Both the position numbers and the translations under genes were made by a program. From an uncultured Pseudomonadales bacterium (GTDB taxonomy: Bacteria; Patescibacteriota; Microgenomatia; UBA1400; CAYNMC01), in contig CAYPXO010000005.1 of NCBI GenBank assembly GCA_964414895.1, positions 1 through 56,738 on the forward strand: 56,738 bases of DNA. The letters are read 5' to 3'. The notes under the pieces are model-generated. The model ran no database searches and had not been told where the DNA came from. It was given only the letters and a program-made list of their open reading frames with translations. Below are positions 9,779 to 18,771 of this stretch, piece after piece (within the stretch, counting starts at the first letter, position 1; each line of letters opens with the position of its first letter).

Positions 9779-10441
9779 TCAACAAAACAACTTCTCTACA
9801 TCATAAACTTTTCTCAAACTAATATCAGCCAGTTTTGACTTTCCCCAAACCAAACAAGTCCTCATCCCTATTTTTTTAGCCGGCACAAGGTCGGTTTTCT
9901 CCCGATCGCCGATAAACAAATGCTTCTCCGGTTTTAAAGCCGTATAATCCAAAATCGCTCTAAAAGGAAACAAGTCCGGTTTGAATCTGCCAAACATTTC
10001 TGCATTAGTAAAAATTTTTTCAAATATCTCCAAAGACAAACCCAATTTTTTGAGTTTTTTTATAGTTGGCGGGCCAGCCCCATTGGTGTCAATAATGTGC
10101 CTTAGGCCTTCAAGTCCTTTAAACATTTCCGCTAAACGCTCGTCTTTTTTTAGATATTTAAGCTGAATCTTACTATACCATTCTCCAGCCAAAACATACT
10201 CTCTATCCACTCCAAGAGCAATCAAGCTTTTAATACTACTGCCAAGCGTATGATAATTTTTCCAAAATAGCTTCTCCGCTTTCTGCCAAGACAAGCCTCT
10301 CGCCTTGACTACAAGCTCAATTACATTTTTATGGATTTCACTTTTAATCTCCGGAAGTTCTTTATACAAAGTGCCATCAAAATCCCAAACCAGAACTTTT
10401 ATTTGAGAAAGCCATTTTGGCTTTGTTAATCTATAGGCCAT
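9779..10441 (-). CDS. HAD-superfamily hydrolase (nucleotidase-like)
   Basis: HAD motif I VWDFDGTLY and motif IV GDREKTD. Confidence 0.7.
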   Translation of the reverse strand: MAYRLTKPKWLSQIKVLVWDFDGTLYKELPEIKSEIHKNVIELVVKARGLSWQKAEKLFWKNYHTLGSSIKSLIALGVDREYVLAGEWYSKIQLKYLKKDERLAEMFKGLEGLRHIIDTNGAGPPTIKKLKKLGLSLEIFEKIFTNAEMFGRFKPDLFPFRAILDYTALKPEKHLFIGDREKTDLVPAKKIGMRTCLVWGKSKLADISLRKVYDVEKLFC

Positions 10442-11057
10442 TTAATCTCTCTTTTATTTTATTTATCAAGCCATTAACATGATTGCTGTTCTCCACAAAA
10501 TTATTCTTCTGGGCATCAACAAACAAAACTCTATCCTTGGGCTGGCTTCTAACCCAAACTTTATTAAGATCATCCAAGGTTTTAAGATAAGAAAACTGAG
10601 GATTTTTATTAACACTTTCTGGTCTTTTTTTAATCCTTCTTATTAAAGTCTTGATAGGAACTCTCAAATAAACAATTAAATCTGGTTTTGGCAGTTGGCG
10701 GATAAAAGAAGAATAAATCTTGGTATAAAGAGTAAATTCAGCTTCGTCCATATTACCCAAAACAAACTGGGCCTTGGCATAAGACAAAACATCTTGATAA
10801 ATAATCGTATCTTGAACAACGCTTCTTTTTTTTAATATCTTTCTGGTTTCCAGCATTTGAACGATTTTTTCCATCAGATAAAAGGTTTGCGAATGGAAAG
10901 CCCAGCGAGCCATATCTTTATAAAAACGGGGTAAAAATTGATTTTCTCCAAATTTTTCCAATAGAAGATGAAAGCCCAGGTTTTTGGCAATCAGTTTAGC
11001 GACTGTGGTTTTACCACTTCCTATCGTTCCAGCAGTAGTCAGATAAAAACTCCTCAC
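10431..11057 (-). CDS. deoxynucleoside kinase
   Basis: P-loop GTIGSGKTT and a basic LID-like segment IRRIKKR. Size and layout match the dNK family. Confidence 0.8.
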   Translation of the reverse strand: MRSFYLTTAGTIGSGKTTVAKLIAKNLGFHLLLEKFGENQFLPRFYKDMARWAFHSQTFYLMEKIVQMLETRKILKKRSVVQDTIIYQDVLSYAKAQFVLGNMDEAEFTLYTKIYSSFIRQLPKPDLIVYLRVPIKTLIRRIKKRPESVNKNPQFSYLKTLDDLNKVWVRSQPKDRVLFVDAQKNNFVENSNHVNGLINKIKERLNGL

Positions 11058-11062
11058 TTCTT

Positions 11063-12397
11063 CTAAAAATACTCTTTTTTAATAGGAAATTTTCGGCAGA
11101 GTTTTTTAACTTCTAGTCTCACCTTTTTCACCTCTTTTGATTTTCTGATAATTTCCTCTCTCATCTTTTTCTTCCTCTCGTAATCTAGGCTGACTTTCAT
11201 CTCTTTCTTGATGCTGGCAATATCGCTAATCACTCGCCCCATAAGGCAAGCAACTAACCTCATCTCCTTCTCTTTCATTCCTCTGCTGGTCATTCCTGGT
11301 GTGCCCAGTCGTAATCCTGATGGAAAAAATGGCGGGTTAGGATCATAAGGGATAGCATTATAATTAGCAACCATTCCCGCCGCCTCTAAGGCCTCGGCCG
11401 CCAGCTTGCCGGAAACCCCCTGTGGTCTTACATCAATCAAGAGAAGATGAGTGTTGCTGCCGCCGGAACAAAGCTCAAAATCTTCTTTTTTCAACTCTCT
11501 AGCTAGAGCTTTGGCATTTTTGACAATCTGGCAGCCATATTTCCTAAAAGAGCTCTTGCTGGCCTCTTTTAGAGCAACGGCCACCCCAGCAATATTATTC
11601 TCATGCGGTCCACCCTGCAGACCGGGGAAAACAGCCCGCTCAATTTTTGTGGGCAAATCGGCATCTTTACGCAAGCCCTTTTTGGTCACCATAATTAAAG
11701 CGCCTCTTGGGCCACGCAAAGTCTTATGAGTAGTAGTGGTAATAATATGACAATAAGGAACCGGGTTAGGATAAGCTTTCGCTAAAACCAACCCAGCCAC
11801 ATGGGCAATATCGGCCATAAGAAAAGCACCAATTGAATCGGCCACCTGGGCAAATCTTTTAAAATCTAAAGCCAAAGGATAAGAAGTAATGCCGGCAATA
11901 ATAATCTTTGGTTTTTCTTTTTTGGCTAACTTTTCCATTGCTTTGTAATCAATCAAACCATCCTTGCCCACATGATAAAAAATACTTTTGTAAAGCTTGC
12001 CGGAAAAATTAATCTTCAAACCGTGAGAAAGATGGCCTCCCTGGTCAAGCCGCAAGCCCATGATTTTATCTCCCGGCTCAAGCAGGCCAAAATAAACGGC
12101 CGAGTTGGCCGGCGCGCCGGACAAAGGCTGAACATTAACAAAAGGCACGCCAAAAGCTTTTTTCACCCGCTCCTGGCATAAAGTTTCCAGCTTATCAAAA
12201 TTCTCCTGGCCTTGATAATAACGCCTGCCCGGATAGCCTTCGCAGTATTTGTCCTGTAAACAAGAACCAACAATCTGACGCACCGCCTCGGAACTATGAT
12301 TTTCCGAAGGAATCATCATCAAAGTTTCTTTTTGCCTTTTCTCTTCGGCTTTTAAAAGCCTAAAAACTTGTAGATCGGTTTTTTTAAGATAGTTCAT
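11063..12397 (-). CDS. glyA: serine hydroxymethyltransferase
   Basis: PLP-lysine motif TTTTHKTLRGPRG. Full-length similarity pattern to GlyA. Confidence 0.95.
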   Translation of the reverse strand: MNYLKKTDLQVFRLLKAEEKRQKETLMMIPSENHSSEAVRQIVGSCLQDKYCEGYPGRRYYQGQENFDKLETLCQERVKKAFGVPFVNVQPLSGAPANSAVYFGLLEPGDKIMGLRLDQGGHLSHGLKINFSGKLYKSIFYHVGKDGLIDYKAMEKLAKKEKPKIIIAGITSYPLALDFKRFAQVADSIGAFLMADIAHVAGLVLAKAYPNPVPYCHIITTTTHKTLRGPRGALIMVTKKGLRKDADLPTKIERAVFPGLQGGPHENNIAGVAVALKEASKSSFRKYGCQIVKNAKALARELKKEDFELCSGGSNTHLLLIDVRPQGVSGKLAAEALEAAGMVANYNAIPYDPNPPFFPSGLRLGTPGMTSRGMKEKEMRLVACLMGRVISDIASIKKEMKVSLDYERKKKMREEIIRKSKEVKKVRLEVKKLCRKFPIKKEYF

Positions 12398-12834
12398 AAC
12401 ATTTCTCCTTTCCTTTCCAAAAACTTTTTTAATTTAAACAAACAGTCTTTAAAATCTTCAAAAATAACTTCTTTTAAGACTGCTGGATTGCCCCGAGCCA
12501 TCCGAGAAACTCTACCGTCTTTTCTGTAAAGTAAAATACAAGGAACACCGTTATATCTGGCTATTTCCAATTCTGCCCCTACTCCTAAAGAAGGTTCATC
12601 TACATAAGCAATCAGCAAACAGGCATTCTTTACCAACCTAAAATCAGTAAACCAAACTTCCTGGGGAGAAATATCGGCGTTTTTCACTGGATCGGTTCTT
12701 AAATGAGGCACGTAAGGAGAAAAACCGGCCTCTTTGCAAACCTCTCCTATTTGCTCATAAAACTTTTTTACTTTCTCGGGTTCTTTTAACCTCGTTAAAG
12801 GACCGGAAATATAAATATATTTTTTTCTTTTCAT
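12394..12834 (-). CDS. nucleoside 2-deoxyribosyltransferase-like protein
   Basis: YISGPL.. and DEPSLGVGAELEIA motifs. ATG at 12834 is preferred because AAGAGGAAG lies upstream. The ORF track starts at 12858. Confidence 0.65.
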   Translation of the reverse strand: MKRKKYIYISGPLTRLKEPEKVKKFYEQIGEVCKEAGFSPYVPHLRTDPVKNADISPQEVWFTDFRLVKNACLLIAYVDEPSLGVGAELEIARYNGVPCILLYRKDGRVSRMARGNPAVLKEVIFEDFKDCLFKLKKFLERKGEML

Positions 12835-13010
12835 TATAGTCTTCCTCTTTTTGCCCATTTTCTTTCATTCTACGTATAGCTCTTTAAAAACAAAATGGCG
12901 GGTTTTTCAAAACCTATCCCTTGTCTTCCTTTGTCATTCCACACTTGATGCGGAATCTATAAAAATAGGTCTCCAAAAATTTCTCAATAACAAATCAACC
13001 ATGTAACCAT

Positions 13011-14678
13011 CTATCCATTTAATAATCTCCTTTTATATCTTTTCTCCAAACTCTGCAAAATCTTTTTATGAAACTTCTTCTCATAATCTTTTACCAAACT
13101 TTTGATCTGACCGCAAGATACCTCTTCGTGGCAAAAAGCGGTTTGTTGACATTTAACACTAATTGCCTCGGCTAATTCCGGCAAGCCTTTCTTTTTTAAA
13201 ACCTTTTTTATTGCTAAAACTTCTCCTTTACTTAAAGAAAGCAGTTGCTCCTCGACAGTTGAGCAAAGACGCAAAGGGTAATAACCGGCAATCAAATTAT
13301 AAAGATCATAGCTTTGCAAAACATCAATGCGGATGCCTCGGGGAATAATAAAAACCGCATCACGCGGCTTAACCCCTAACTTAAGTAATTTTTGATAACA
13401 ACCTAGCGAACCAAAAACAGACCGAAGATACTTTTTAAAAAAGTAAGGATTGTCTCGGACAGTTGGCGGAATAGAAAAAACCGAATCAATTTTATCTATT
13501 GTTCTATTGCTATATTGTTCTATTGCTATATTGTTAAATTTTGAATTTTCAATTTCAATTTTCAATTTCTTTAACAACTCGCAAGTACGATCTATGCAGT
13601 AGTATATCGATTCCACCACTTGCGGCACTGTCCGGTGACGCTTTTTGTCTCCCCAGACCCGCCAGGCAACCGAAGAGAGAGCTTTAAAATTAACTGCCAG
13701 GTTATAGTCGCGGCAAATTCTCCGCCTCATAGCCAACAGCTTTGGCCAATCTTTTAAAATTTTCTTTTTATCTTTGGCAATTTTCTTGGTCAAAGAGTTC
13801 AATCTCTTTAATTCCTGGCGCAAACCATTCGGGCTATCACAAAGAGTCATCCCTACAATGGACATCAAACCTGTAGGGGCGGGTCGTGACCCGCCCGTTT
13901 TAATTACGGGCGACCGACCGGTCGCCCCTACAAATGCCCTGACCAAATTTGAGGCTCTTGGATTTTTAAAGATATTAGGATAGGGGTAAATGTTTCGCGG
14001 GGCAACCAAACGGGTAGGGAAAAGCTGACCAACGCCCCACTTAGCAAATTGCTTCTCCAAAACTCCCAGAAGAATCCCTGCCTCCTCCGGCATCCAATCC
14101 TTTTCCAGCTCAAACTCCCGGGCAAAACCGACTACTGACTCGATAGGCAAAACCAAAATACCGGTGCCGTAAATACCGTATTGCAAAATCTTGCTCGCCT
14201 CATCTTTAGAAACACCCTTGCCCAAAAGCCAATTAAAGCAATTAATATTTTCCATTGACTGCTTTTGATAAATTTTTCTCGCTTTTTTGTTTTTCCAAAT
14301 AGCCGTTGGAGAAACAATATCATCAGCTTTTGTCCCTGTCCGCCGACCGGAGGCCATCAAAGCCGAGGCAAAAACAATACCTGTCATCATCGAGTCTATA
14401 AACTTACTTGCCTCATAAGTAAAAGCCAAAACTGGGGTAGTCGCAATTGAGGCATGGCCGCGCAAAGAAGACTTTTCCAAAATAACTTTCACTTTTTTGT
14501 CCAAATCTTGCCCTTTGCTATGAGTTTCTTTTAGAAGCTGTTTGACCGATTTTCCCTTGAAAGTCAAAAGCGCTGATAGAGCAACAATTTGCTCTGGGGT
14601 TAAAACACCAGTTTTATCTTGCAGGCGAGGAATAATTCCTAAGAATTGGAGTTTAAAGTTAGCCGTCTTTATCGACAT
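13011..14678 (-). CDS. ThyX-like (flavin-dependent thymidylate synthase family) protein, long form with in-frame repeat insertions
   Basis: RGHASIATTP.. and KKRHRTV segments resemble ThyX motifs. Context (glyA, dcd, tmk) fits. Divergent at 555 aa. Contains a REP-like element at 13873-13931 and simple repeats at 13501-13570. Confidence 0.5.
   Translation of the reverse strand: MSIKTANFKLQFLGIIPRLQDKTGVLTPEQIVALSALLTFKGKSVKQLLKETHSKGQDLDKKVKVILEKSSLRGHASIATTPVLAFTYEASKFIDSMMTGIVFASALMASGRRTGTKADDIVSPTAIWKNKKARKIYQKQSMENINCFNWLLGKGVSKDEASKILQYGIYGTGILVLPIESVVGFAREFELEKDWMPEEAGILLGVLEKQFAKWGVGQLFPTRLVAPRNIYPYPNIFKNPRASNLVRAFVGATGRSPVIKTGGSRPAPTGLMSIVGMTLCDSPNGLRQELKRLNSLTKKIAKDKKKILKDWPKLLAMRRRICRDYNLAVNFKALSSVAWRVWGDKKRHRTVPQVVESIYYCIDRTCELLKKLKIEIENSKFNNIAIEQYSNRTIDKIDSVFSIPPTVRDNPYFFKKYLRSVFGSLGCYQKLLKLGVKPRDAVFIIPRGIRIDVLQSYDLYNLIAGYYPLRLCSTVEEQLLSLSKGEVLAIKKVLKKKGLPELAEAISVKCQQTAFCHEEVSCGQIKSLVKDYEKKFHKKILQSLEKRYKRRLLNG
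13873..13931. repeat. 59-bp GC-rich REP-like palindromic element inside the ThyX-like CDS
   Basis: GTAGGGGCGGGTCGTGACCCGCCCGT..ACGGGCGACCGACCGGTCGCCCCTAC. 58/59 identical to 14767-14825. Translated in frame as VGATGRSPVIKTGGSRPAPT. Confidence 0.9.
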
Positions 14679-14702
14679 TTTGCGCTTAATGATACCATAC
14701 TT

Positions 14703-15083
14703 TCAATATCTCCTGTTTATATTCCTTGGATTTTCCTTATCATAGTCCCATTTTAAAGTCCCCAATGTAGGGGCGGGTCGTGACCCGCCCGTTTTGATTA
14801 CGGGCGACCGACCGGTCGCCCCTACAATTTGAATGATGAAATGTACATGGTTGGGCATCATTTGAAATATATCCAATACCACCTGATGGTGCTTTGGTAA
14901 TGACTCCCAAATGTTTCTGACAATTTCCCCAATCCAATTTAATACCATTTTCCCATCAACAATATTACCAAACAAACATTCCTTATCTTTTGTGCAAATG
15001 GTGACAAAATACCAACCTTCCGAAGAGTAATCATAATCCCTTAAACGAATTGATTTGCGCTGGGGTAAATCTTTCAAATTCAA
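14703..15083 (-). CDS. IS200-like / REP-associated tyrosine transposase (RAYT)-like protein, apparently truncated
   Basis: N-terminal KSIRLRDYDYSSEGWYFVTICT and HUH-type motif MPNHVHFII. Only 126 aa and the C-terminal catalytic Tyr helix is not seen. Contains the REP-like element. Confidence 0.6.
   Translation of the reverse strand: MNLKDLPQRKSIRLRDYDYSSEGWYFVTICTKDKECLFGNIVDGKMVLNWIGEIVRNIWESLPKHHQVVLDIFQMMPNHVHFIIQIVGATGRSPVIKTGGSRPAPTLGTLKWDYDKENPRNINRRY
14767..14825. repeat. 59-bp REP-like palindromic element inside the RAYT-like CDS
   Basis: Same element and orientation as 13873-13931, with one mismatch. Confidence 0.9.
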
Positions 15084-15125
15084 CGTTTGTAAATGCTTAA
15101 ATTGGTCATTGAAAATTGAAAATTT

Positions 15126-15641
15126 TCATACCTGCTCTTCTTTCTTTTTTGTCGTTACCCTCCCTCCCTGCCATTGGCCACGGTAAAGGGCAGTCTTGCC
15201 GGAAACACGGGCAAACATAAGATGAACTATGCGGGCACCTGTCTCAATCTTCACTTTGCAAGGGCCAAGATTGGCCATGCCGAAAGTCAACTCACCGGAA
15301 TAGCCGGGAGCAACTTGGGCGGTGCGTAAAAAAATACCCATTCGTTGCAAGCTACTGCGAGGTTTAAAAATACCTACCAAATCAGAAGGAAGATTGATTT
15401 TTTCTATAGTTTTCACCAGATAAAAATCACCGGGGTTTATAATAACACTTTTGACTTTTGTTATCTCACAAGTTTTCCTCTCCTTCACTCCCAAATACCC
15501 CTTCCCTTTAATTCGATAAACCTCGCCGACTCGTAAATCAAAACCACAACCCTCGGGATTTTCAAGCTCCCGCTGACAAAGTCCTTCAACGAGCTTTTTT
15601 TCCTTGACTAGCCTTAGTAGTTGATCAACGCCGAGGAACAT
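15126..15641 (-). CDS. dcd: dCTP deaminase family protein
   Basis: 171 aa with a Dcd/dUTPase-like pattern (..APGYSGELTFGMANLGP..). Confidence 0.8.
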   Translation of the reverse strand: MFLGVDQLLRLVKEKKLVEGLCQRELENPEGCGFDLRVGEVYRIKGKGYLGVKERKTCEITKVKSVIINPGDFYLVKTIEKINLPSDLVGIFKPRSSLQRMGIFLRTAQVAPGYSGELTFGMANLGPCKVKIETGARIVHLMFARVSGKTALYRGQWQGGRVTTKKKEEQV

Positions 15642-15644
15642 AAT

Positions 15645-15776
15645 AAAAAGCGAAAAGCTAAAAGTGCAAAGCGAAAAACTACAACGTAAAAGTCAAAACT
15701 TTCATCAAAATTACATTAAAATTAGCTTTACGCTTTGAGTTGTAGCTTTTACTTTTTAGCTTTTACTTTTTAGCTT
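15645..15776. repeat. AT-rich 7-bp-periodic hairpin element (AAAGC-type arms)
   Basis: Left arm ..GCTAAAAGTGCAAAGCGAAAAACTACAAC, right arm GTTGTAGCTTTTACTTTTTAGC... The right arm supplies the last codons (KLKSKS) of the Clp ORF. Related copies at 18568-18675, 21493-21545, 22634-22740 and 23270-23331. Confidence 0.8.
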
Positions 15777-17663
15777 TATCAAATATTCCCCCTCCCTCTC
15801 CTCCCACTCTACCTCAATCTCGTCTCCCCTTCGTATCCTTCCCCCCAGCATCCCCTTGGCAATCTCATCCTCAATCTTGTCAGCAATTACTCGCTTCATT
15901 GACCGAGCGCCAAATTCCGGCGAATAACCCTCAAGAACAACTTGCTTGATTACTGCCGGCCCAAATTTTAAAATAACATCTTTTTTAGTTAAGCGCAAAG
16001 CCAATTTAGTAAGCTGCAGACGGGCAATCTGTTCTAATTCTTTCCTGCCTAGAGGCTGAAAAACAACTACTCCGTCAAAACGGTTTAAAAACTCCGGAGA
16101 AAATAAGCCCTTGCTCTGGATATATTCTATTGTTAGGCTCTGTAATTCTTGTTTATTAACCCCCGCCTGAACTTTTTCTCGGATAAACTCACCGGCCGCA
16201 TTGGAAGTAGCAATAATAATAGTGTCAACGAAAGAAACCTTTCTATCCTGGAAATCAGTTAAATAGCCTTCGTCAAAAACGGTCAAGAAAATGTCTAAAA
16301 GCCGGCGGTGGGCCTTTTCCAACTCGTCAAGCAAAAAAACAGAAAAAGGGTTGTCTTTCGCTTTACTAACCAAAAGTCCTAAGCCGGCAGTTTGCGAACC
16401 GATCAACCTCTCCAAGCTCTCCTGCCTTTGATACTGACCCATGTCAAAACGGACCAGCCGCGACTCGTCTCCAAAATAAACTTGGGCTAAGGTCTTGGCT
16501 GTCTCTGTTTTCCCTACCCCTGTCGGACCTAGAAAAAGAAAAACTCCCATTGGCTTCTTGCGAGAAGAAACTTGCAACCGGGAGCGGCGCAAAGCAGAAG
16601 CCAACCGCCCAATAGCTTCTTGTTGGTTAACTACTCTTTTATGCAAACTTTCTTCTATTTTAACCAGCTTTTTTTCTTCCCCTGAAGAAATTGCTCCAAC
16701 TGGCACTCCTGACTTTTCAGAAACCAGTTGATCAATATCTTTGCTCGTAATCAACTTCTTCCTTTTAATCTCTTCAAACTTGCTAATTGCCTGATCAAGT
16801 AAATCAATCGCCTTTTCCGGAAAAGGAATCTCAGTAATTAAACGATCGGAAAGCTCAATAATCTTTTCTAAAGCTTGATAGCTAACCTTTACTTTCTTCC
16901 CTTGTTCGAAATCAGGCAAAATCGCCTGGAGAATTTCCAAGGCCTGCTCTTTGCTTGGCGGCCGGACACTAATCTTTTCAAAAAGCTTTAAAAACTCCTC
17001 ATTGCCAACTAAATACTTGTTAAAAGCCTCACTGCTGGCAAGAGCAATAAGCTGCAAGCGTCCGCTGGCCGCTGCTTTAGAAAAAATGCCTATCAGCTCA
17101 ACCTGTCCCTCGCCGGAAGAAACAAATTTGTCTATCTCCTCAATAATCAAAATAATGTGGCCGGCTGCAATCGCCTCGGCAAGCAAAGAAGAAAGTTTTT
17201 CTTTACTCTCTTGCAAGGCAGACTTTTTAATTATCCTGTTTAACTCAAGCCTAAGGACGCGCTTGTAAGCCAACTGAGGCCTAGTCTCTCCTTGATGAAC
17301 CAGCCGGGCAAACCCTAACACAATCGTCTGCTTGCCCACGCCCGGCGGACCAACGAGTAAAACATTGTTTTCTCCTTTTCTTCCCAAAACTTCTTCAATT
17401 TTACCAACCTCTTCTTCCCGACCAACCAACTGGTGAAAAAAAGGAGTCGGTTGAGTCAAATCAGTCACATATTCATCTAAGTTGGGAGTATAGCCAAAAG
17501 AAAAGCTCCAACCAATGCCCGGGCCTTTAAGCAAATTTTCTTTTTCCCAAAAACGAGCCTTTTTCTGCCTCTTTTTTTCCAGGCTTTCAAACCAGCGGGC
17601 AACTTCCAAAACATGCTCTGGTTTTATCTTTCGGTCAAATAAGAACCTCTTCTTCCCGACCAA
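15756..17663 (-). CDS. Clp/Hsp100-type double AAA+ ATPase (C-terminal part of a gene split by a tandem duplication)
   Basis: Two Walker A motifs (GPPGVGKQT, GPTGVGKTE) and ClpA/B-type D2 small-domain sequence. The track start is a TTG inside the duplicated segment. Confidence 0.85.
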   Translation of the reverse strand: MVGKKRFLFDRKIKPEHVLEVARWFESLEKKRQKKARFWEKENLLKGPGIGWSFSFGYTPNLDEYVTDLTQPTPFFHQLVGREEEVGKIEEVLGRKGENNVLLVGPPGVGKQTIVLGFARLVHQGETRPQLAYKRVLRLELNRIIKKSALQESKEKLSSLLAEAIAAGHIILIIEEIDKFVSSGEGQVELIGIFSKAAASGRLQLIALASSEAFNKYLVGNEEFLKLFEKISVRPPSKEQALEILQAILPDFEQGKKVKVSYQALEKIIELSDRLITEIPFPEKAIDLLDQAISKFEEIKRKKLITSKDIDQLVSEKSGVPVGAISSGEEKKLVKIEESLHKRVVNQQEAIGRLASALRRSRLQVSSRKKPMGVFLFLGPTGVGKTETAKTLAQVYFGDESRLVRFDMGQYQRQESLERLIGSQTAGLGLLVSKAKDNPFSVFLLDELEKAHRRLLDIFLTVFDEGYLTDFQDRKVSFVDTIIIATSNAAGEFIREKVQAGVNKQELQSLTIEYIQSKGLFSPEFLNRFDGVVVFQPLGRKELEQIARLQLTKLALRLTKKDVILKFGPAVIKQVVLEGYSPEFGARSMKRVIADKIEDEIAKGMLGGRIRRGDEIEVEWEEREGEYLIKLKSKS

Positions 17664-17884
17664 CCAACTGGTGAAAAAAAGGAGTCGGTTGAGTCAAATC
17701 AGTCACATATTCATCTAAGTTGGGAGTATAGCCAAAAGAAAAGCTCCAACCAATGCCCGGGCCTTTAAGCAAATTTTCTTTTTCCCAAAAACGAGCCTTT
17801 TTCTGCCTCTTTTTTTCCAGGCTTTCAAACCAGCGGGCAACTTCCAAAACATGCTCTGGTTTTATCTTTCGGTCAAATAAGAAC
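17406..17884. repeat. perfect 238-bp tandem duplication (2 copies, 3-bp AAC junction microhomology)
   Basis: 17406-17643 matches 17644-17881 by direct comparison. 238 is not divisible by 3. Confidence 0.9.
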
Positions 17885-18564
17885 TTGTTTAAAGGTTGCC
17901 AATCACGGCTGAGTTGAAAAAATAGGTCGGATAGGCGTGTAGGGGCGCGGTTTTCGCGCCCGTCATTGCGGTTTTCGCGCCCGTCAGACCAAACGGGTAA
18001 GGGAACCTCGCATGAGACGGGCGGGATGACCCCGCCCCTACGGATTGAATCCCCACCAGATGAGTCAACCAAACCATTGATCTCCTTTCCCTCAATCCCC
18101 AATCTCTCAATCACAAACCGGCCAATCGGCCGAGAAACAAGCATTAACAAAATCGCTGCCGGATCTCTGGTTTGGCTCAAAATCTTCTCCACTTCATTTT
18201 CCGATTTCCCTTTTATCCATTTATAAATCGGCCAGGACAAAAGAAAAGCAAACTGCCAGATCAGCAAAAAAGCCACTCCTAAGAAGACTAAAGCCAGCTC
18301 CGCCAGCAAGCCGATAAAAATCAGAAAACTGCGAACCAAAAAACCAATTACTCTAGAGATCAAATTAAAAGTTAATCTCTCTAAAAAGGCTTTGGGCGAG
18401 AAGCCGGTTTTTTCCAAAGAAACTACCCGCCGCCAGGGAGAAAAAAGAGTTTTTAGTAAAATTCCTATGGAGAAAAAATGCCAGCAAGCCAAAAGATAAT
18501 TTTTCCAAATCTTGAGGATAAATCTATTGACGGTCTGGTAGTGCCAAAAGAAATAAGAAATCAC
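17635..18564 (-). CDS. N-terminal membrane-domain fragment of the same AAA+ gene
   Basis: Hydrophobic N-terminus. The C-terminal ~80 aa duplicate the N-terminus of ORF 15756-17663 (FLFDRKIKPEHVLEVARWFESLEKKRQKK..). Confidence 0.6.
   Translation of the reverse strand: MISYFFWHYQTVNRFILKIWKNYLLACWHFFSIGILLKTLFSPWRRVVSLEKTGFSPKAFLERLTFNLISRVIGFLVRSFLIFIGLLAELALVFLGVAFLLIWQFAFLLSWPIYKWIKGKSENEVEKILSQTRDPAAILLMLVSRPIGRFVIERLGIEGKEINGLVDSSGGDSIRRGGVIPPVSCEVPLPVWSDGRENRNDGRENRAPTRLSDLFFQLSRDWQPLNKFLFDRKIKPEHVLEVARWFESLEKKRQKKARFWEKENLLKGPGIGWSFSFGYTPNLDEYVTDLTQPTPFFHQLVGREEEVLI
17939..18041. repeat. 103-bp REP-like element (GTAGGGGCG...CGCCCCTAC) in frame within a CDS
   Basis: Terminal inverted GTAGGGGCG/CGCCCCTAC with internal GCGCGGTTTTCGCGCCCGT duplicated. 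Translated as ..PVWSDGRENRNDGRENRAPT.. Confidence 0.8.
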
Positions 18565-18771
18565 TTAGAAGCTAAAAGCTTAAAGTGCAAAGCGAAAAAC
18601 CACAACTAAAAACTTAAAACTTCTCAGCTTTAAGCTGTAGTTTTTACTTTTTAGCTTTTAGTCTTTAGCTTAAAAACATCATACAAGAAATCCTGCCTTG
18701 TGCTCAAGAAGTAAAGAAGCAAGAAAATCCTCATGTCAAAATTTTAGATCCAGCTTTTTCTTTTATCATAT

